64,000 bases of DNA from Paecilomyces variotii (GCA_004022145.1 RCNU01000009.1), one strand, 5' to 3'. Positions 38,097-51,552 are shown, counted from the stretch's first letter. The notes: a model not told the origin generated them from the sequence alone. A program made the numbers and translations.

Positions 38097-38686
38097 ATGG
38101 GCAGTCAAAAGAGGATAGCAAAGGTATGAGTTGCTCCAAGATTAAAGATTCCAAATGCATCTCTAACTGGGTACAGGAGCTCAGCGAGCTCGTCGAGTCT
38201 CCTCCGCCAGGCATCAAGGTTGAGCTTGCCGATGAGTCGGACATCTATAAGTGGAAAGTGTACATGGAGGGTCCCGAAGGTTCACCATACCAGGTAAGAC
38301 ATGAGACACGTAGTGCTCCATGAAGAGAAACAAAAGGACACGAGAGATGCTAACCAAGGGGACTTCCATAGGGCGGTACTTTCTTAATAAACCTCACGTT
38401 GCCGAGCGCCTATCCTTTCAAACCACCTACAATTTCCTTCGGCACCAAGATATACCACCCGAACGTCACGAACGATGACAAAGGGAGCATGTGCCTTGGC
38501 ATGCTGAAGTCGGATGAGTGGAAACCTAGCTCGCGTATCTCTTCCGTGCTTGAGTTCGCCCGACAGCTCTTGTCAGAGCCGATGCCTGATGATGCGGTCG
38601 AGGGCCGCATTGCGGAACAATACAAGAATGACCGGAGCAAGTTCAATGAGATTGCAGCCGAATGGACAAAGCAATATGCACACTGA
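38097..38686 (+). CDS. Ubiquitin-conjugating enzyme E2, 3 exons
   Basis: MGSQKRIAK|ELSEL...GPEGSPYQ|GGTF...YPFKPP...TKIYHPNVTNDDKGSMCLGMLK...WKPS; HPN motif and catalytic Cys present. Confidence 0.96.
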
Positions 38687-39851
38687 AAGTAGTGAGCCAT
38701 AGAAGGAAACCAATGTACAGTTGACAGGGCTCTGCTCCAGGCACGAATAGAGAGTTGTTCCTTCTGAAGACATCTACTTTCCGGGAGGATGAATCCCCTT
38801 CCCTGATCCTCAGGAATGTGTGCTCACTTACGGCCGACTCATGCATGGTTCAAGCTGCACATGGTATAGACGGCTGCACTAGCATACTGATCCCTTCCCT
38901 GATTCCAAGGGCTATTTAGCGTAGAGATCTGAACAGAGACTACATTTCCATCTGCATTCCTATTTCCTTGTAGGTAGATCCGTGTGAGAAATCGATCCCA
39001 GGATGGTTACAAGGGAAAGAAAGACTATTTTCCGGAGATGGTAACTCTGACTCCAGCAGCTCAGCACTGGTTGACGACTATTCATCGATACACCTGCGTA
39101 TACGTGGTCTCTCTACTGTTCCATTCAGGTTGATGTGCTTCAGATTATTTGTTCCAATTGTGCAGACTTAAGACTTCAGAGAAGGCCCAGAAGCTCTTAT
39201 ATTGAGTGTGTTGTACCACGCAAAGGGTTTGCAATAGGTCTGGTCTTAGATTGTGGTGCAGGAATTTGCAATAGTATATACCCCATACTATGAGCGGTGG
39301 CATAATAGTGTTCTTGTCACGAGCCTCATTCGAAATATCTTTCTGATTCTACTATATAGTAAGAATACACGTCAATTCATATCCTGCAAGGAGATAATGC
39401 CGAGCGAAGTTGCCGCGATACACTTTCGGCGAGACAAAATGCGGGGAAGTAGTACTTAGTGGTCAATATGTACTGGCAACTAAGCATTAACCACGAAGGA
39501 TAGCATAATGAGGGGGATTTTCCGGGGATAATGCTAGGTCTTACTGTTAGTAGCTGAACCTAACTCCTAAGTCTAGAGTCCCATGGTCGGTTACATGTGG
39601 CTTTTCGGTGCTCTTAGAGTAAGACGGAACACGAGGATACGCTTGATTTGAGGCGTGCAACGAGTACTTGATATGCGGGGTCGTCTTACAGAGACACCGC
39701 TTTAATAGATCGAGGAATATCTTCCCTTAGAAATCATCGGATATGTAATAAGAGCAAATTCCTGAGATCAGCACCTGTTTCGACGTTGCATCTTCCTGTC
39801 TCTACTCTTCCCGCGAATGCGCATAAACCGTACTCAAGCATATCCATACTA

Positions 39852-41783
39852 ATGGCGGTCCTAGAAAGCATCATATCTCTTCTCTACTCTCATGCCTTAA
39901 TCCTCCTGCTTATAGTTCCGATAATCCGTCTCGGACGCAACTACTTTACACCAGGAGCAAGATCTGTTCCAGGCCCTTTCTTCGCGAAATTGACTAATCT
40001 GTGGCGCTTCATCGATGTTGCCAAAGGCCGTCCAGAAGTCACTCTGTATCGACTGCACAAGAAGCATGGAGACTATGTCCGACTCGGTCCGAACGTTGTC
40101 AGCGTGAGGAACCTCGAGGTACTAAAAGAGATATACGGGATCAATAAGGGATATCAGAAGGTCTTTGTCTCTATCTCCCTTTTCCCTGCAGTTAATTTGT
40201 CCTCTATGTATAAGTATCGAAAACAGTATGAATATTTCAGAGATTACGAAACTAACAATGCCAGATTGAGTTCAATAGACGACTTTCTATCGTGTCCAAC
40301 AACAACTAGTTAATGGGAGACCGTCGCAAACGCTCTTCACCACTCTAAATGACGATTTCCACGCCGCGATTAAGCGGCCGATATCAGCTGCCTACTCGAT
40401 GAGCACATTGACGGAATTCGAGCCATTTGTTGACAATACCATTCATACATTCTTCAGAAGACTCGATGAGTTCGCTGAGAAGAATGAGCCGTGTGATATT
40501 GCGAAGTGGTTGCAGTACTGTGAGTTTCTCCCATGTATACTATACTATATTACTACAGGATATGCACCAGGTGCTAACTTCCTGCTGCAGACGCGTTCGA
40601 TGTCATCGGCGAGCTAACATTTAGCAAGGCGTTAGGCTTTCTAGAATCCGGACACGATGTAGATGGGATTGTTGAGAGTATAGAAAAGAACCTCGATTAC
40701 GCTGGAAAGGTATGCCCATTAGTTCTTTGCTCCATATACCTAAGCCTGCAGTATCTGCCACGCTGAATACAAGACACTGGCTTTATCCCACTGCGAAGCG
40801 TTACTGAGTCCAAACTTCTCACAACAAACAGACTGGCCAAATGCCTTGGCTCGATTACCTGTTCGTCAAGAACCCTCTCCGACAACTCCTCCGAGGCGGC
40901 TCCACCACTGCTATAGCCCAATTCGCAAGGAACAGAGTCCAAGAACGTCTCTCGCAATCAGACACGAAATCACCTACGCGACGAGACTTCCTGAGTCGAT
41001 TCTTCGAAGCTAAAGAAATCCATCCGAACATCGTCGACGACAAACAAGTTATATCATATACCATCAGCAACGTGAATGCCGGCTCCGACACCACTGCTAT
41101 TTCACTACGAGCGATCCTCTACTACACCCTGAAGCACCCAAATGTATATTCCAAACTGCGTCATGAACTTGACGAAGCCAAGAGTTCCGGCAGGATTTCA
41201 TCCCCCGTTACATGGAAAGAGAGTCAAGAGCTGCCGTACCTCGACGCCGTCATCAAGGAAGCCCTCCGTTTGCATCCGGCTGTGGGCTTACTTCTCGAAC
41301 GTATCGTGCCTGATGGAGGTCTAAAACTACCAGACGGACCGTATCTCCCACCCGGGACGATCGTTGGTGTTAATCCATGGATCATCCATCGTAAAGACGT
41401 CTTCGGTGAAGATGTAGATGCTTTTATCCCGGAGCGTTGGCTACAAGGGGGGAAAGAGTTGAATGCTGAATTTGCCGTTAGGAAACAGAAGATGATTCGC
41501 GCAACGTACACTTTTGGAGCTGGGACCAGAACGTGTATTGGGAAGAATATCAGTCTGTTGGAGATATATAAGTTGATTCCGTCCCTTTTTCAGAGTTATA
41601 ACGTATGTAGCATGTCTCGTCCCTCTTGTTTGCTCCTTTTCTCTTTCTATGCGTGAGAAGCAAAATGCTAATGCTAACGACCGAATTCAGATCGAGCTGG
41701 AGAATCTAGATAGGGAATGGGAAATTGTCAATGCATGGTTCGTCCGTCAGAAGAATATGGATATTAAGCTTTCTAGGAGATAA
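39852..41783 (+). CDS. Cytochrome P450 monooxygenase (pisatin demethylase-like), 5 exons
   Basis: N-terminal anchor, PGP, LHKKHGDYVRLGPN, AGSDTT (I-helix), EALR, PERW and heme motif FGAGTRTCIG; final exon IELENLDREWEIVNAWFVRQ...RR*. Confidence 0.95.
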
Positions 41784-42019
41784 TAATTAGGAGTCTTTTT
41801 TTTTATTATTTCCGGCCTTGAAAAATCTCACATATCAGGTTGGAGCTTGTGTGGAGCCATGTTGTCCCATATACTCCGGAGTATATCAGTATCACTAAAG
41901 GAATGAATCCAGTAAATAACCTCTGGGAGATCATGACAACTCCATCCCCAACAACCAAAACTTCCCACGTGGAACGGAACGCCTGTGTCCAAAACGAAGA
42001 ACGAGGGAATTCTGGCAGG

Positions 42020-43586
42020 TCACGAGACACAGTTTCTGATCACCACCGTGGGCAACAGACCACCATTTCCGTCCAGTTTCTCTTTCTCACGATTAGCACT
42101 TGGTGTTCTTCCCCATGTGCGAGCAAATTTCTCGAAGGCGTTTGTCGCGGTTCCGAAGTATGGCTCTACTTTCCGCAACCACAGCCTGGCAACCACGAGC
42201 AAGAAGGCGAAGAAGATAGGACACACTATCATTAGCTTCAGGAAGCTCGGGATGGGAATCGCCGAGTTGGGATCCGGTGTGCCATCCTCCAAGACAGCAG
42301 GTTTGAAAAAGAGAGCTGATGGTAGGAACAACATGTAAGTCATGACCGACCGCATCAAAGGACCGTGCAGCAGGTAGATCGGAAAGCTTATTTCGCCCAG
42401 CCAGAGTAGCCAGCGATTCGAAAGGGCATGTCGCATAGAAGGTGAGAACAAAATGGCGAAGCACAACATCTGGGCACCTATGCCAGCAAAGAAACGCCCC
42501 ATGTTCGCGCCGGCTGGAAAGATTGCCAGGCCGATTTGCCATAGTTGTCTTGTCCATGCGGTCTGTTCATAGAATTCATCCGGGAATGAACATAGGTATA
42601 AACCCAAAATAGCGAAGGGATATGGTATAATTTCGACAAGGAGGGATTTTGGACTCGGTGGAGGAAGGAGAGATAATTCGGCCAGTATCATACCGGCAAA
42701 CGCGTTAATACCGACAATACCTGTTCACAATACCTGTCAGTTCAATTGAAGTCTTTTTTGAATAGTTGGACACCGCTTCCTTAGATCTTACAGTCATTAG
42801 TCGCCCAGCTCCACATGTACAAGATGATCTCCGCAGTAAGACGGAATCTAGGCGACGTGTTGACCGTTGCCAGTAAGGTCATGAAGACATATAATGAAGC
42901 CTTGAAGAGGCTCAGGAGTGCCCATTGCGGCTGGTCATACTGGTTGTCTCCATAGACCCATGTCGAGATCAGTTGGCGTACCAGATCCCCGACTGCAGCA
43001 GGCCATGACGGACTAGGCTGTGGACTCGTCGCACTCAACCAGTACGCGTCCGTTTTCTTAGCAATTTTGAAGGCACCGAATTGACAGAAGAACCACGCAA
43101 TGACAGTGACAGCCGCTGCTGGAAATACTAGTCTCCCAGTCCTCCTAAACGCGCTTGTCGCTAACGTGTTGAGGGCATCACTCACTGCGCCGGAACGCGC
43201 TAGAGTTGCTGGCTTCAAAGAATTGACAAATCCGAGAAGTACGAAGAAGATCGCGACGAATGCTTGACCCTGGCCTACCAGACGAAAGAACGGGCGTTGG
43301 AAAAGAGCGACTGAGCCGTCTTCACCGAAGGACGGAGGTACGATATATCTGGCGAAACAGAGGGTCGTGTGACTGGCGACCACACCAACTGCGGCTATTC
43401 CTCGAAGGCCCTGGTGAGTCGCAAAAGCAGTCAGTCAGTCAGTCAGTCAGTCTTCAGATAACTAACTGCATTGAATTGAATTGAGTGAACTAGCTCGTCA
43501 ATCGAACATACATCTGCCCAGCTGGTGTTCCGGACACGGCTGGGAGTCAGCTTCTTCGGGTGGTCAGCAAGGGCGGCGACGGTCAT
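42020..43586 (-). CDS. Acyltransferase-3 family integral membrane O-acyltransferase, 3 exons
   Basis: MTVAALAD...SWAD|GLRGIAAVGVVASH...VAIFFVLLGFV...AFRRTGRL...YDQPQW...WLGEISFPIYLLHG. Confidence 0.92.
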
Positions 43587-45925
43587 CGCGACCAAATAAC
43601 CATAGCTTTTCAAAAGAGAGGCACTAAAGAGAAGGTTGCGGATTTCAACCTTCGCAGCACTCGATGAACGAATGTGAGAGCAAACGCAAAGAGAGGAGGA
43701 GCGAGCGGAATCGAGCTATGAGTGAAGCATCGCAGTTGAAACAGCTAGATGTGAATAATCATATTCCTCGGGCGGAATCCTCTGCGCAGTTACAGATTCT
43801 CCGCGCGCGACATGGGCTTGTTGCAGGTCGATCGACAGGGAATCCGGCTCACTGGGAGACAGACATACGAGTTGATCCAGCATTGTTCTGGAAGCATTCT
43901 GGTATGCGGTTTACGGACCAGAGCGAACGACCCCATAGTAGTCCAGAAACATGGCTGCAGCCACCAGGGCAAAAACCGATGTCTGTGGATCAGGGACTGC
44001 CATAGATATTCTTGCTAGTTACAGGTTTCAACGCCCTGGGACTTGTTCAGCGGGGATGTTTAGCTTCCAGCCTCTCCGTACGTTCCTGATTGCATAACCA
44101 GGGTAGACTAGACCACGTCTCCTGTAAAGTTGTTTACGGGTCCCACGATAAGTTAATTAATTAATTACCCGGCTGAGTTTGATGGTCAGTGCTTCGCGCA
44201 GTTAACTAATAATAATAATAATATTGGTTAACTAAATATTACGGCTGACTGACTGATTTATCGTGCGCTGTTCCTTTCGGGAATTTAGAGAACTTGGGTA
44301 AATGGGTAACTATCATTCCGAATCCCCATGAGCATTGGAAACCCACGACTCCGGGCTATGGATCATTTATGGTATTTGCTTTTGCCATGAATATAGACTA
44401 GCAAAAGGGGCGTATTGTTATATTGCCCGTCAACACGGAATCCCCGCCGAACCCGGTATTTTTACCATTTTTACCATCAGATATCATTTTCGCTACATAA
44501 CCCACGAAACGCCACGTTCCGCATTTTCCTTGTTGGAGATCCTGATCTCGTTCCCGTGTTTCCTGAGGGGTTTAGATAGAGCAAGCGGGGAGAGTGATAT
44601 ACGTCTTTTCTGACATGACAGATGATACTGAGAAAGCTGTCCACCACCACACAATCTGGCCATGCGATATGCAAGGACTATCAGCAGACTGCATCATTGA
44701 TTGCGTCCGCAAGAGTGGCCTGTAAACTACTCCGTCCTGTACAACTGATCGTCGGCTTACGCAGCCTAGCAATCAGTCAATCGTTCAATCATCAAGCACA
44801 CCGGGTCTTCTCCGTAGCGACCCCGCTTCCTTAGGCGACGGGGGACGTGTGCAATGCTTTGCTTTTTCTCTCTCTTTTTTTTCCCCCTTCGAACGGTCTT
44901 CGCATGGAAAAGTACCGGGACTCCAATTGTCAGAGATGGCGCAGATCATTGAAGCCCAGCTACTCAACGTTCAGATATGTGGTTAGCAGCCGATTAGCTT
45001 TGGACCTACGGGACACCGGCCATGGCAGTCTGCGAACGGGGGCCAACCCCTGTTTTTCCGAAGCGCGACGGTTCGTCCACTGGGGATAAAATTAGTTAAT
45101 TAAATATTTAGCTAGAAGAAAGAACAGCAACGAATGGGTTTCTAGGGTCCACTAATTACTCCTTAGCAGGATTCGTGCGTGATCACAGCGAGACGAGGTG
45201 CCGCAGTCGACAGGCGAACAGATGTTCCCTCCTGACAGAATGGACCATCTAATCATCATAACAAGAATAAGAGAATAATTATAATTATAATAATACTGGA
45301 GCCAGTATTAGTGACATCGCCAGCTATAAAGACGATGGCAAAAAAAAAAAAAAGAAGAAGAAGAAGAAGAAAAGAAAAGAAAAAGAAACAGAAAATCAAC
45401 GAACGGCGGTTGCTTGGCATTTATTGCGTTCTGATACGTCACTGATACAATAATATAATACCGAACAGAGACTATATTGGCTGCATCCTAGCGTGATCTT
45501 CTTCCCTACTGCTCTCGTCCATCAACCGCTGGGAAAACACATCTTTTCTGAGTCTTCTCTCGACATGGCCCAGGTTGGCTGCTACACTGTCCTCGCCCAA
45601 GAGGACTCAACCTCCAATTGATCTTGAACAGCCTCCTGAGCATCATCTTGGAGTGTGGCGGCCGTTTGATCTCTCTCTCGCCTCTTCCGCTCGTTTCCCC
45701 CCCACGCTCTCTTGTGTACCATAGCCCAACGGATTCTCCCGTTTGCCTCTCTCCACACGCTGAACTCCAGGCTCCTTCTGGTCCCTCGTTGCATAACGGC
45801 CGATTTTCCAGCTCTTATTATACTCAAAAAGCTAGCCCTACCACCCCGTTGTATCTTTACTTGGTGAGCCAGTGTTACCAGTCTGAAACAAATGTCCAGC
45901 GAGAACTGGATTTCACCTCGTGGCC

Positions 45926-48367
45926 ATGGTCACACCAAATGGAGACTCGCGATATTACCCTCCCGGGGGCCATGACGGTACAAATGGACTCCCGGAACGC
46001 CGTCGCATGCCACCGCCATGGCCGCTCGAGAACACAGGTTATGCTGTTCCTACTCCAACAACAGCTCCGGAGGGCCGGATACCGCACTCTCCTCGAACCC
46101 CTGTCACTGCCCGATATCAACCGGCGCATGGCAGTCCACAACCACAGCCTTCGACTCCTCAGAACGAAACCTTCCACCCTCCACGGTCTCCGCCTCTTCA
46201 ATATGGCCTTGGGTCTCCATATGGCGGCAGGATAGCATACCGATCGCCGACTTATCCGACGTTCACACCGGACCAGATTGGACAATGGCCGTTGGGGCCG
46301 AGGGAACCGCATGATCGATGGACACCTCCAAGACGCCCACCTGGTCGTCCAGGGCTGCGCATTTCCATGTCAATGTCAAAGCTCAACAGCAGACGTCCCA
46401 ATTACTTCGTGGATGACTATCATCAAGTAGATACCAGTCCGCAAGCCCTCAGTCCTCCCTCCTTGGGTCCGCCCAGGTTCCCTTCCCATGTATCCGACAA
46501 ATATGGGGATGACCCCGGCAGATGCAGTATGAATTCCGCTATGACAAGTTCGAGTGTTGAGCAAACTAGCGGGACAGAGCGGAGCAGTGTTATGACAAAG
46601 AGTAGCTCGGTCACGGACTTGTCGCCAGACACGCCAGATGGGCCGTACGCACCTTACGAGAAAGACGGAGGCATGAGCGTTGAAGATGCTATCTCCATGT
46701 ATCTGGACGGGTTTAGTGATGTGCCAGAGGAGGATACCGATGAGGTAGAGCGGCAGGACGTCATTGCCACAGGCGACTCTGATCAGGCATCCGGCCCTAC
46801 AGAGACTGATGAGGAATTCGAAGTATCGTCACCGAGATATGAGATCGCGGCGGAAGATGAGCATAACTGGTCTTCTAATCCTACGGAACTCGACGAGCAA
46901 GCGGAAAGGCGCACAGAGAGCCTGTTGGAGGCTATGGGCACCTCGATGGGGGATACGGCAGAGATCCCTGAATATGAGACAGATAATCCGAGTCCGGGAG
47001 ATCAAGCTTGTGAAGAGTCGGTCAGACCTCCGGTGCAAGAAACCAAGATTATTGTCCCGGGTGTCGTCCCACCGCCCTTGCTCTCGGGGTCAGGGGACAG
47101 AGACCGCTACGGATTCCGCAAGGCAACCCATCACGTCACCATCGATCAATATGAATCCTGGAATCGACAATACACTAAATTTCAGGAACATCGGAAATTG
47201 AAATGGCGCGAACTACTCAAGGAGAGTAACCTGGACGCCACGGATCCCTCCGCCTTCCCTCCCAAGTCAAACAAGATCAAACGTTATATTCGAAAGGGGA
47301 TACCTTCAGAATATCGGGGTGCTGCTTGGTTTTGGTACGCCGGCGGATTCGACCACCTACATCGAAACCCAGGTCTCTATGATCAGCTCGTCGAACGCGC
47401 CATGGGGTCACCGACCAACGATGACAAGGAACATATCGAACGAGATCTCCATCGTACATTTCCCGATAATATCCATTTTAAACCTGAGATGCCGGTCAAC
47501 TCGGAGGGCATGGATAGTAGCTCTGGTAGCAGCAACCCAATATACAGCTCAGCCATCGTCGAAACAGAGCTGATCCGATCCCTACGTCATGTGCTGTATG
47601 CTTTCTCCCTTCATAACCCCAGGGTTGGCTATACTCAGTCTCTCAATTTCATTACTGGCATGCTCCTTCTCTTCCTTCCGGAGGAGAAAGCGTTTTGGAT
47701 GCTACATATTATTACATCCGTGTTACTTCCAGGCACCCACGAAATCAGTCTTGAAGGTGCCAACGTCGATCTCTGGATCCTCATGGTCCTGTTGAGGGAA
47801 TCCCTTCCTTCAATCTACAACAAGGTTGCCAGCGCTGGTCCAACGACATCCAAGACCAAGGTCCCAGCGATGACCGTGCAGACCCGGTTGCCTGATGTTA
47901 CGCTTGGTCTAACTAACTGGCTGATGTCGCTATTCATTGGCAGTCTTCCTCTGGAGACTACTCTTCGCGTGTGGGACGTTTTCTTTTATGAAGGCTCAAA
48001 GACTTTCTTCCGAGTGGCGCTCGCGATATTCAAAGCAAGTGAAAAGGAAATTCTCGCCGTGTCTGACCCTATGGAAGTTTTCCAGATAATACAAACCGTG
48101 CCTAAGAAGTTGCTGGATGCAAATTCGTTACTCGAGGAGAGTTTTGCACGACGATATCGTGTTGGTCAGGGTAGGGTCGACTCCCTGAGAGCAGCGAGAC
48201 GGGTGGCCGTCAGAGAGGAAAAGTTGCGGCGATCAATGATGGGCAATGCAGGACCGCTGAATGAAGCGGCCCGACCATCGACGAGTCGAGCCAAGAGCCC
48301 CATGCCAGCCTTAGAGCATGGCATCGCAGATACATGGCGCAATATGAAGCATCACGCCTTTCGATGA
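45926..48367 (+). CDS. gyp3: Rab GTPase-activating protein, TBC domain (Gyp3/Msb3-like)
   Basis: DRYGFRK, IRKGIPSEYRGAAWF, IERDLHRTFP (R finger), VGYTQSLNFI (Q finger), EEKAFW and TLRVWDVFFYEG; first in-frame ATG at 45926. Confidence 0.92.
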   Translation: MVTPNGDSRYYPPGGHDGTNGLPERRRMPPPWPLENTGYAVPTPTTAPEGRIPHSPRTPVTARYQPAHGSPQPQPSTPQNETFHPPRSPPLQYGLGSPYGGRIAYRSPTYPTFTPDQIGQWPLGPREPHDRWTPPRRPPGRPGLRISMSMSKLNSRRPNYFVDDYHQVDTSPQALSPPSLGPPRFPSHVSDKYGDDPGRCSMNSAMTSSSVEQTSGTERSSVMTKSSSVTDLSPDTPDGPYAPYEKDGGMSVEDAISMYLDGFSDVPEEDTDEVERQDVIATGDSDQASGPTETDEEFEVSSPRYEIAAEDEHNWSSNPTELDEQAERRTESLLEAMGTSMGDTAEIPEYETDNPSPGDQACEESVRPPVQETKIIVPGVVPPPLLSGSGDRDRYGFRKATHHVTIDQYESWNRQYTKFQEHRKLKWRELLKESNLDATDPSAFPPKSNKIKRYIRKGIPSEYRGAAWFWYAGGFDHLHRNPGLYDQLVERAMGSPTNDDKEHIERDLHRTFPDNIHFKPEMPVNSEGMDSSSGSSNPIYSSAIVETELIRSLRHVLYAFSLHNPRVGYTQSLNFITGMLLLFLPEEKAFWMLHIITSVLLPGTHEISLEGANVDLWILMVLLRESLPSIYNKVASAGPTTSKTKVPAMTVQTRLPDVTLGLTNWLMSLFIGSLPLETTLRVWDVFFYEGSKTFFRVALAIFKASEKEILAVSDPMEVFQIIQTVPKKLLDANSLLEESFARRYRVGQGRVDSLRAARRVAVREEKLRRSMMGNAGPLNEAARPSTSRAKSPMPALEHGIADTWRNMKHHAFR

Positions 48368-49167
48368 GGCCTGCAAGCGTTGGGTTAATAAAAGAGCAAA
48401 AGAAACGCAAAGCCCACAACAGCATTAGAATTCGTTGAGCGATCCTTGTCTTGCCTTTCTTACCAGTCTTTCTGCCGGCGATGGATGTGACCGTTTTGAT
48501 ACCCCGAGGACTCCTAGGCTTTTCTATTATTATTCTTTTTTGGGACCTCTCGTCGACGACGTACATTTTTCTCTCTAACTTTGCATTCTCTGTCTATAGA
48601 CCTAGCGATAGAATTCTTCTGAACGTACATACATATTTCTATGAAGACCTCGAGTCAGTGTTCCACACGCATTCTATGAATACATATCTTCCTATATTAT
48701 TATATTTATCTGGCATCAGAGGTAAACAAAGATAGCTAAACAAATGTGAAGCCTCTGCGATCCATGCATAACTAGTCTCTCCGTCAGTAACTACTGTAAC
48801 TAATAGTTATTTCCATTGGTTAGAGCCGACATAAATAACACCATTTGGCACTCTTTGAATAAGTACACTTTATTTACCAAAGATACTTAGAAACTCCGTT
48901 AAGATGTGATCATGTCATTTCATTCTAATTCCTTCATCACTAAACCAGTGAAAAAGCTCCCATGCTAATAATCTATATAACTATTCCACAGATAAAAAAG
49001 GTATTCCCTCCATGCTAACCAACTAACTATCGTTCATCCATCCCGGAAATGAGAAAACAATTGTACGCGCGCCGCACGACAAGGCATTGAGTCATTACTG
49101 TTTTTCTTCAACAATTTCGAACTCCACCACTTTGTGTTTTTTTTTTTTTTTTTTGTCCGATGTTTTC

Positions 49168-50045
49168 TCATAGGGTGGCCAATGCAGCGAAGAATGAAAT
49201 GGCCAGGGGAGCGACGAGGCTAGGTAGGGACTGAGCACCGCTACCATGGAAAACAGTGTCGCTAGGAGAAGCAGCGCCGCTGGTCCCGGCCGGGCTGGCG
49301 CCACTAGCGCTGGGGGAAGAACCAGAACCAGAACCAGAGCTGGAGCTGGAGGGAGCGTTGGTCGGAGAGACACCACTAGATCCAGAGGGAACAGCCGCAG
49401 AGCTGGAGCCGGCAGCAGCGGGAGAAGAAGCGGCGGGAGAAGCACCAGAGGGAGGAGCGGCAACAGGGACAGCGCCGCCGGGAGTAGAGCCGGAGGAGGG
49501 AGTAGATTCAGGGCTAGTGCCAGACGCAGAGGAAGAGGGAGAGGGAGAACCAGAGCCGGATTCACAGGGGCACGAGCATTCAGTAGATTCGCGGCGCAGA
49601 GGTTGAGAACCGGAGAGGGCTCCTAGAAGAGATGGCGCAGAGGATGCAGAAGAGGATGGAGTCTTGCACAAATTCTCAGCGAATGTGAGGGCCTCTGTAC
49701 CATGTTGGGTCAGCTATTAATCTAGGTATAGTTATTATTGTTGAAGCTGCTTCACTTACCTGTCTGGGCAGACGGCATGCACTTCTGGGTAATGGTGTCC
49801 TTGACCTTGCCGAGGAAGGACGAGTCACCGCACAAGCAGCTGATGTCACTGGGCGAGCAGTTAGGCAGCTTGATGTTGCTCAGAACAGCTGTCTGTGTAT
49901 ATTGTCAGTATTATGCTTCAACTTCATATCCAACTCCGTTTCTCTGGTTATTACTCACAGCACATCCGATCAAGTCGGGCGACTGGGCGGCCGCAAGCTG
50001 AGTGGCGGCACCAGCGAGGGCAATGACAGAGATGAAGTTGCGCAT
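49168..50045 (-). CDS. Small GPI-anchored CFEM domain protein, 3 exons
   Basis: MRNFISVIALAGAATQLAAAQSPDLIGCA|TAVLSNIKLPNCSPSDISCLCGDSSFLGKVKDTITQKCMPSAQT|EALTFAENLCK, then Ser/Gly/Ala-rich stalk and hydrophobic tail. Confidence 0.9.
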
Positions 50046-51552
50046 GTTGATAGTAATAGACGTGATATGTGTTCGTTGTCTGTGAGATTCAAAGGGTTGC
50101 CGGCGGTATATCCCTTGAGGTCGGATCGAACGATATCGTCGTTGTTGCTGCGATGCGAATGGAGACACAAACAGCGGCTATCAGGCCGTAGATATAGCTT
50201 TTGACTCCATACTCAGCGTTCATCCATGGTAGATGAATCTCGGTAACATGCCTCCTGACAGAGGAATGTGCTGCAGTGGCGGCCGCCACGAAAAATGATC
50301 CTCGTGTCTCGGTTCTGGAATGTTAGCAGTGGGACATCACTGGCATAAGCCCGGTTTACCACGCGCTCGAAAAAGGCTTAAGTTCTCCGGAAAATTTGTG
50401 ACCGCTCGCGATTCAGGAAAGATCTGACGCGGTGGAATCACACTGCGTGCCTCGTTCGATGAAGATCCGTCGCTCTCGGTATGGCATCCTGGAATCTGTC
50501 AGCCTCCCGAGCCCGCACAGGAAGGAAAAGAAAGTCTGTCTCGTCTAGTATTTCTGGTATTAGAACCCGCTAATATCTTTGTCAATGGCTCACACTCGTC
50601 AGCAGAGGTGTTTCGCGCCGCGTCTTCCCGCAGCTTGTTGTGGTGATGCTGGAAGTCTTGCCCCAGGTTTCCAGCCACAAGTATACATTATTATCATGCC
50701 CAAACATGACCCGCACGGATCAATGGCTAAGTGAAAAACGAAAAGTCATGTCTATGCGCGCTTCGCATGTCCCATGTTTCCTTCCTGGGAATTTCTGAGT
50801 GCTTGTTCTTTACATCACATTTCCAGTCTCAAACGGGGCGCTTATGTGAAATTTCCTCGAAGTGGACAACATCGCTGACTCTGCTCTGGCTCTATCTAAT
50901 TCCTTTCCCGACCTGGAGCTACTCGCTGTTTGTAGTAGTCATTAATTCAAGTATTCCGGTTGTCAGGCTTTTGGAACATTAATATTGTGCATAGCCTTTT
51001 GCGAAAAACAATTCTGCGGCTTCTTCCCGGCCAACCATCATTGTCGCTATTCGCCTTCATTCTCCTCCTTTTCTTAGCATGGTGATGAAATCCAGACGAT
51101 CGAGATCCATTCAAACGCTCCGTAGAATCTCCAAGTATCACCTGCGAGAAATCAAACCACCCTGCAATTGAGAATCGCGACACCAAACTCGCCGTCCGAA
51201 GAAAATCCCGTGCTGCTCCTCCAGTAGCAGGTCGCGCTCCTCATCCCGATAAGCTCCTCTTATTATCCATAGTTCATAAAGTAGTTCTTGCTATAGACTA
51301 TTCGCTCAAGAAGGGAAGGTGCTGGGGGCACTTTCTACATGCTTCTCTTCCGATTGAAGACCACAGGCTGGAATAGATAAAATAAAGAACACGTATAATT
51401 CAAACCCCTTGAACTCTTAGCAATTGATCGCTTAAATCATCCCAGATAGCACAACCTTGTCGAGATAGATAACTTGGTGGTCATGCTCAGCCAAGGGTTC
51501 TTCATATTCTAACTGACTCGGAAGATACTGTAGCTAATCAACTGGATCGGCC

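Noticed and set aside
39852..43586. P450 plus acyltransferase as a secondary-metabolite cluster
   Set aside because: No PKS, NRPS, terpene or RiPP backbone gene nearby; the flanks are housekeeping genes.
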